A stretch of DNA of 20,000 nt from an uncultured virus (IMG/VR IMGVR_UViG_3300037993_000804) (lineage: Duplodnaviria; Heunggongvirae; Uroviricota; Caudoviricetes): the IMG/VR virus record IMGVR_UViG_3300037993_000804; one strand, 5' to 3'. Of this stretch, positions 15,039 to 20,000 are shown piece by piece. The stretch's first letter is position 1. Every line of letters begins with the position of its first letter. The notes under the pieces were generated by a model, which saw only the letters and a list, made by a program, of their open reading frames with translations, was not told where the DNA came from and ran no database searches. Position numbers and translations under genes: made by a program.

Positions 15039-16016
15039 ATGCCAGACACAGCAAAAGTGGCCAAGATCTCCGTCGATGGGGATAAGTTGGCCGAGTCGCT
15101 GCGGCGGGTCATACCGTTCGTGGCGGAGGGTAGCCCGGTTCCTCTGACCGGGGTTTACGCGGAGTCGGACAGCTCGATGCTTCAGCTGACGGCGACCGAC
15201 GGGTTCAGAATGGCCCACCTGACGGTGGCATTGGCCTTTCCGGCCGGTAACTGGTTGCTGGACCCGAAGGGCGTCAAGGACTTCGCACAGAGGCATTACA
15301 ACGGCGCTGCAGTCGCCATCGAGGTCGGCCCGCCGGCGGTGGAAATCCGCCCGGAGATTACGCCGACCTACCTCAAGATGGGAGATGTCGAGGTCCAGTT
15401 GTTGACCGAAGAGTTCCCGGATTACCCGAGCATCGTCCCCGACGAATTCCCCACCGAGGTCATCATCGACCCCAAAGCCTGGATCAAGGTTCTTCGAGCG
15501 CGCAAGGCGGAAATCGCCGGCGTGGTCTTCAGCTCGAAGGGGTGCAAGGTCTACTCCCAGTCTTTCGAGGGAGAGACTATCGGATGCGACCAGCTGCCGG
15601 TTCAGGTTTTCACCGGGCCGGATGTTAAGGTCGCTTACAAGGCCGAACACCTGCGCCGGGGGCTGACCAGCTGCGGCGCTACTTGCACGTTCCAGGTCTC
15701 CAGCGCCAAGTCACCCAGTCTTCTGGAAGCGGAAGACTACTGGCACCTGCTGATGCCGAAAGAGGGATTCCCGCGAGAACAGTCTCTGGGACAAAACGAA
15801 CGGGAGGCCCTGCAGCTCATGGAAGACTCTATCAAAGCGGTCAAGGCCGGGGAAGTGGTCGGTCGGGTCTTGATTGGCACCGGGAAATTTTATCTCGAAC
15901 TCTTGCCTGACGGGGTGGCCACTGAGGTTTTAGTTCAAGAGCCAACTCTTGTCGAGGCCGTCAAAACGCCTGTAATAGATGATAAGACGGCAGAGCCGAA
16001 AGAGGCGAGTAACTAG
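15039..16016 (+). CDS. DNA polymerase III beta sliding clamp-like (DnaN-like) protein, lacking the usual first domain
   Basis: PLTGVYAE..LQLTATDGFRMAH and EEFPDYPSIVP match the DnaN central domain; VAYKAEHL and SPSLL..HLLMP match the C-terminal domain. Confidence 0.8.
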   Translation: MPDTAKVAKISVDGDKLAESLRRVIPFVAEGSPVPLTGVYAESDSSMLQLTATDGFRMAHLTVALAFPAGNWLLDPKGVKDFAQRHYNGAAVAIEVGPPAVEIRPEITPTYLKMGDVEVQLLTEEFPDYPSIVPDEFPTEVIIDPKAWIKVLRARKAEIAGVVFSSKGCKVYSQSFEGETIGCDQLPVQVFTGPDVKVAYKAEHLRRGLTSCGATCTFQVSSAKSPSLLEAEDYWHLLMPKEGFPREQSLGQNEREALQLMEDSIKAVKAGEVVGRVLIGTGKFYLELLPDGVATEVLVQEPTLVEAVKTPVIDDKTAEPKEASN

Positions 16017-16102
16017 CCCAAAATGGTGTCAAGGGGTCGGGTTGAGCGTAAAATATTTATTACCCTACCCCTTGACAACTGGGGGGCTAGTTGTATTACA
16101 AT
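16011..16102 (+). promoter_or_regulatory. Promoter-like site embedded in an ~80 bp imperfect inverted repeat
   Basis: TGTCAAGGGGTCGGGT (16027-16042) / ACCCTACCCCTTGACA (16062-16077); AACTAGCCC/GGGCTAGTT; TTGACA-16-TATTAC or TTGACA-19-TACAAT. Confidence 0.6.
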
Positions 16103-16204
16103 GGTAAAACTGGGTCGGGTCATTGTGGTCGGGTCGGGTGAATCTAGTCGGGATACTTTTTCACCGCCGAGTAAAACGCAACTGCCCCGGCTGGAGGTGG
16201 GACA

Positions 16205-16846
16205 ATGACAAATGGGACAAAGGCCCCGGATCTTTGCATGTGGGTTGGCCACAAATTCTATCCCACGGCCGACGACTATATCAAAGAAGCGATGACACTG
16301 GGATGCAGCAAGCGCGTGCCGATGCTTCCCGAAGATGTAGTACCGGGTCGGTCCAGAGTCTTTCTCGCCCACGATGATGGGAAGAAAGGGCAAGGGCGGA
16401 TTTTCGGCTTCTTCGTTCTCCAGGGCGTCGAGATTATCATTGACGACCCGGACAAGATCGCCGAGTACCAGCGCCGCTTTGCCAACCTCAACGTCCAGAC
16501 CATTTCCTCTGCCCAGGCCGCCGCCGAACCGAAGCGCCTTTGCGGGCAACGGGCCTACGGAGCATCATACCTGGTCTCCACTCCCGACATGAACACCCTG
16601 CAAGCGCAGGTCAATGACCTGGCCGGCAAAGCCGACATCAAGGGCGAACTGGTAATACTCCTGAACCCGATACCGTTTCCCCTGATCCGCTGGCGCGGCT
16701 GGCGGTACATGGAACCCCAATGGCTAGTCAAATACGACTGGCCGCAGGTCTCCATGCCGGTGACCCGGGCCGTCAAGGTTGAACCCCCGAATCCCAAGCA
16801 GAAAATACTCCCGTTATTTGGAGGTACTTATGCACAAAAGCCATGA
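16205..16846 (+). CDS. Hypothetical phage-type protein
   Basis: GGAGGTG RBS; MWVGHKFY..YIKEA..G.SKRV, VFLAH, RLCGQR..GASYL motifs. Confidence 0.8.
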   Translation: MTNGTKAPDLCMWVGHKFYPTADDYIKEAMTLGCSKRVPMLPEDVVPGRSRVFLAHDDGKKGQGRIFGFFVLQGVEIIIDDPDKIAEYQRRFANLNVQTISSAQAAAEPKRLCGQRAYGASYLVSTPDMNTLQAQVNDLAGKADIKGELVILLNPIPFPLIRWRGWRYMEPQWLVKYDWPQVSMPVTRAVKVEPPNPKQKILPLFGGTYAQKP

Positions 16847-17145
16847 AACCAAAGACGTGAAACTCAAAGACAATCCCTTTTTACTCGGACTGACCCGGCA
16901 GGGCATGGTGTATCAGCATTGCAGTCCCGATACCGTCATCAAAGTTACGGCGGCGGAGGGGTTCTACGGTGAGTGGGCTGCCTATTTCGAGACCCCTCGA
17001 GTTGGCTTCCAGCCGCACGGTGTATGTCACCACGGACCCGGACTATGCTCACGGTTGCCTGGAAGCAATCAAGATTTTCTACACCTTGCTGGGCGACAAA
17101 CAGCTCATCAACATCAGCGGGCGAGAATTCCGTATTAACTGGTAA
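16830..17145 (+). pseudogene. Apparent frame-switched or fused pair of small genes
   Basis: Frame from ATG 16830 is coding-like to ...WAAYFETP (~16995); afterwards the +1 frame (LELASSRTVYVTTDPDYAHGCLEAIKIF...NW, TAA 17143-17145) is the coding-like one. Confidence 0.5.
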
Positions 17146-17158
17146 AGGAGGCATACAA

Positions 17159-17689
17159 ATGCCAAAGTTCAATCAGCACATGGGAAAACAGCATCCCCAT
17201 CGGAAGAACCGGGCGGGCCGGTTGACCAAACTCCCGAGCAATGCCAAGAACAAGGTCCGGAGGTACGAAGTGGTGACCGTGCCGGTGAAGATCGACCTCT
17301 CGAAGCCGACCGATAAGATTTACGACCAGGGCGCGACCGGCGCCGCCACCGCCTTTGCGATTGAGGGCGCACTGGAGAAATCCGTGCCGGTGGATGAAAA
17401 GACTGGACATGTCGATAAGGTCATCTTGGTTGACGCACCCGTTGGCGAACACATCAGAGAGGCAATTCACATCATCAGGGACATAAACCGCGATCCCCAA
17501 GTTATCCCGGTGGTTGAAGAAGACATGGGCATCGTGGCGCCACAGCCCGCGGCGCCAACTTGCGTCATCTGCCCGCTGTGCTCGAAGCAAATCACCGTGG
17601 CTGATGCGCTCTTCAATATGAAGGAGATTGCCCTGAACGACAAGAAAGTACAGGTACACAAAACGTGTCCCGGCGAGGCGAAGTCATGA
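17159..17689 (+). CDS. Hypothetical protein with degenerate papain-like motif and C-terminal Cys/His finger
   Basis: AAGGAGG RBS; IDLSKPTDKIYDQGATGAATAFA; CVICPLC...HKTC. Confidence 0.7.
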   Translation: MPKFNQHMGKQHPHRKNRAGRLTKLPSNAKNKVRRYEVVTVPVKIDLSKPTDKIYDQGATGAATAFAIEGALEKSVPVDEKTGHVDKVILVDAPVGEHIREAIHIIRDINRDPQVIPVVEEDMGIVAPQPAAPTCVICPLCSKQITVADALFNMKEIALNDKKVQVHKTCPGEAKS

Positions 17690-18195
17690 ACCCCGAAATC
17701 CATTACTTCGTTACTGACGACCGGATGCTGCGGTTGGGAAAACAGATTGATGCCGACGAGATCGCCATGTTGCGACCGTTACAGGAGACCGGACTGGTGA
17801 AGTTCATCTCCTGCCGTGAGATGGTCGAGCAGGTGATGAAGGGAATACCGGCTGGCGCGAAAGGGGTCACCGATGCGTCGGCGCAGCTGCCGGGCGGGTT
17901 CATACCCCTCAAGGGGCCGAAGCAAGTGATGGCCTTTGGCAAGGCTGCCTCCCGGACGCTGCGGATTTGCCAGAAGAATGTACGGAGAATGACCCGGCAG
18001 CAGGCCGAGTATGTCCGTAAACTGCGGGTGCAGGACTGTTACAGCTGGCGCATGGTCGCCCGGGCCTGCTACTACCAGAATTTCCCGGGTTGGGACGAAT
18101 GGCAACCGCTGAACAATCAAATCATGGGTATCGCTCTCTGCGAGAGGGCTGCCAGGATGCATAACGAAAATTACCAGGCGGAGCCCTGGAATTAA
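17686..18195 (+). CDS. Hypothetical protein, possible C-terminal HTH-like region
   Basis: GAGG RBS, ATG 17686; VRKLRVQDCYSWRMVARAC. Confidence 0.7.
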   Translation: MNPEIHYFVTDDRMLRLGKQIDADEIAMLRPLQETGLVKFISCREMVEQVMKGIPAGAKGVTDASAQLPGGFIPLKGPKQVMAFGKAASRTLRICQKNVRRMTRQQAEYVRKLRVQDCYSWRMVARACYYQNFPGWDEWQPLNNQIMGIALCERAARMHNENYQAEPWN

Positions 18196-18207
18196 AAAGG
18201 AGTGAAT

Positions 18208-18678
18208 ATGACAGAAGAAACTACCCAAACTAAACCATCCCCCAGAACCCGAATCTTTATCTGCGACGGCAGAGAATTCCCCGATCCCAACCCCACCCTG
18301 ACGGTGGACGAGGTCCGCGGCTACTTTACCACCTACTTCCCGGAACTGGCCAACGCCGAGACCGTACACACCGAGCGCCCCGCCAAGGTTCAGCCCGTTC
18401 CGGATCCGGCAGCGCCCGCCGACGGCTCACTGAAAAAGGTCGTCATGGAGGACGTGTACGAATTCCAGAAACGGGTCGGCAAAAAGGGGTCCGACCAGGC
18501 CAAGAACTTCGCGGCCGCAGAGAAAGCCCGCAAGGGCGGCAACTGCTGGCCGGGCTGGTGTGGAGTCCAGAAGATCGTCTATCCCAATATGAATAATGTG
18601 CCGGTACCGGTATCGGGTCCGATGCACTGTCCGAAATGCGGCGGCGCCATGGCCGCCGGTCCCATACCCAAGAAATAG
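18208..18678 (+). CDS. PRTRC system protein C-like prokaryotic ubiquitin-like protein with C-terminal Cys4 extension
   Basis: RIFICDGREFPDPNPTLTVDEVRGYFTTYFPELANA...YEFQKRVGKKG, then ~60 extra aa with CWPGWC...CPKC. Confidence 0.85.
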   Translation: MTEETTQTKPSPRTRIFICDGREFPDPNPTLTVDEVRGYFTTYFPELANAETVHTERPAKVQPVPDPAAPADGSLKKVVMEDVYEFQKRVGKKGSDQAKNFAAAEKARKGGNCWPGWCGVQKIVYPNMNNVPVPVSGPMHCPKCGGAMAAGPIPKK

Positions 18679-18688
18679 GGAGGAAATT

Positions 18689-18934
18689 ATGTCTGAGGCA
18701 GAGAATATCAAGCGTGTGGTCGCTATCCTGAATAAAGTGCCGGAGAAACATCTCCTGCTCATCGACCTGGCCAACGAACTGACGCTCAAGAACGGCGATC
18801 TGGACATGAATGCCGTACTCGACCGGCAGGCCGAGGTGAACCTGGCCATTGTCGAGGCGAAGGCTTATGTCAACGCGACCGTCCGGGCGGCCAACGCGCT
18901 CAAAGCATTGAAACCCCGGGCGAGGAAGAAATGA
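18689..18934 (+). CDS. Small helical protein in the PRTRC-like operon
   Basis: GGGAGG RBS, ATG 18689; coupled to next gene. Confidence 0.75.
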   Translation: MSEAENIKRVVAILNKVPEKHLLLIDLANELTLKNGDLDMNAVLDRQAEVNLAIVEAKAYVNATVRAANALKALKPRARKK

Positions 18935-19917
18935 AGAAACGGAATTGGGCTACCGCCGCAGACAGGAACCCGTTGGGCAAACTGGCCGACCGGTTGACCA
19001 TTGGGCCGCCGACCATCACCAGTTTACTGTCGTTTCTGGATAGCGGAGAGTACCTGTTGGTATTCGCCGGACTGATTGACGAGTACCTGCCCGGCAAGCG
19101 TCGGGAGATAATGACGGGCACCGAAGAAGAGCGAGTGCGAAAATTCGGCGAGCTCTTCGGGAAAGCCTATTTTCCGCTGTCGGATAGCGACATCTACGAT
19201 GGTGAAATCGAGCGGATCGTCCAGGGCGTCCCGATTGACCTGTACGGGATCACCGGCACCAACTATGAAGAGCTGGATGACTGGAGCGAGGGCGAACTGA
19301 TGATGATGGCGCTGTGCCATACGCCCTACGGAGAATGGACCGGCCACCCCGGCGACGGCGGCAAGTTCCACCCTAATACTTCCCTGAAAATAGCGCTGTT
19401 CGATGAACTCAAGCCGGTTATCGGCGTCGAGCTGCTGTCGCAAATTCCCGGCGACGGGTGGGATGCGAAAGTCCTGCACCGGCTCACCGACGGTACGAAG
19501 TTCGAGGGGATCGGCGCTTTCGCCGACTGGATCGGCCAGGACACCGGTTACATCTGGACGGATGGCAACTGGGATGAATACGGCCCCAGCGAATGGGATC
19601 CGGAACTGGTCGCGCGCCTGAAGCAGCAGTACAAGCCGGCGATGAAACTATTGGATGATAAGAACCGCCTGGCCCGGTGGCTCGAAGAGAAGAAGCCGGA
19701 GCATTTCGCCCAGCTGCTCGGCTACTTGAGGTTGTCTTTAGTGCCGAAGGAGCAATTACCCCTCCCGCTGAATATCGAGGGGGACATTACCAAGAATGGC
19801 AAAACACTAGTGGAAATATTTGATGAGGAGGCAAAACATCGTGGCAAAGAAAAAGGTCCCAGAGTCCGCATCCGCGTCGCCACCGTCGAAGACTTCGTCG
19901 CCGGCACCGCTTTTTAA
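18931..19917 (+). CDS. Acidic helical protein, positionally PRTRC protein F-like
   Basis: 328 aa ORF following the Ubl gene; assignment rests mainly on operon position and size. Confidence 0.6.
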   Translation: MKKRNWATAADRNPLGKLADRLTIGPPTITSLLSFLDSGEYLLVFAGLIDEYLPGKRREIMTGTEEERVRKFGELFGKAYFPLSDSDIYDGEIERIVQGVPIDLYGITGTNYEELDDWSEGELMMMALCHTPYGEWTGHPGDGGKFHPNTSLKIALFDELKPVIGVELLSQIPGDGWDAKVLHRLTDGTKFEGIGAFADWIGQDTGYIWTDGNWDEYGPSEWDPELVARLKQQYKPAMKLLDDKNRLARWLEEKKPEHFAQLLGYLRLSLVPKEQLPLPLNIEGDITKNGKTLVEIFDEEAKHRGKEKGPRVRIRVATVEDFVAGTAF

Positions 19918-20000
19918 CTGGGCTGTCCCGAAGAAGTTGAACATACCGCCGGACCATGGGCAGTTGCGGATCGATTTTTATACTGAGTCCGTGAGCTTCA
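19841..20000 (+). CDS. 5' part of next gene, possibly prokaryotic E2 family D / PRTRC protein B-like (not in ORF track)
   Basis: GAGGAGG 19825-19831, GTG 19841; MAKKKVPESASASPPSKTSSPAPLFNWAVPKKLNIPPDHGQLRIDFYTESVSF, open to the window end. Confidence 0.55.
   Translation, partial: MAKKKVPESASASPPSKTSSPAPLFNWAVPKKLNIPPDHGQLRIDFYTESVSF

Larger units (their letters stand above)
1..20000 (+). mobile_element. Segment of a probable phage/prophage or conjugative-type element (accessory and early genes)
   Basis: All genes co-oriented, many short overlapping ORFans with strong GGAGG RBSs, Ku+ligase, free-standing HNH, clamp-like gene, AAA+/VWA pair, PRTRC-like genes; no intact housekeeping operon. 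No hallmark structural or integrase gene in the window. Confidence 0.75.

Noticed and set aside
16023..16208. 61-aa ORF across the second promoter region
   Set aside because: Overlaps palindrome and promoter motifs, no RBS, atypical composition.

Overview
A 20 kb, gene-dense window in which every credible gene is on the + strand. It looks like part of a phage, prophage or other mobile element from an anaerobic-type bacterium; no capsid, terminase, integrase, rRNA, tRNA or CRISPR features are visible. The left block (1-4324) holds mostly unknown genes, a lipoprotein and a stand-alone IspG C-terminal Fe-S domain. A ~500 bp non-coding region rich in palindromes and 10-bp repeats ends in a near-consensus sigma70 promoter. 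That promoter opens an 'early-like' block: a nucleoid-protein-like gene, a C2H2-finger MoxR/CbbQ-type AAA+ ATPase, a HExxH/acidic/VWA partner, a Ku-HNH-ATP-dependent ligase (NHEJ) cassette, many small Zn-finger proteins and a two-domain beta-clamp-like protein. A second promoter-like palindrome precedes a block ending in a PRTRC-type prokaryotic ubiquitin-like operon that runs off the window. The most notable observations are: a Ubl extended past its KG terminus by a Cys4 module; a ligase with KxNG instead of KxDG, inside an AT-rich tract shared with the HNH gene; four similar long intergenic hairpins upstream of ribosome-binding sites; and three apparently broken or fused genes. All family calls come from motif recognition by eye; no searches were run.
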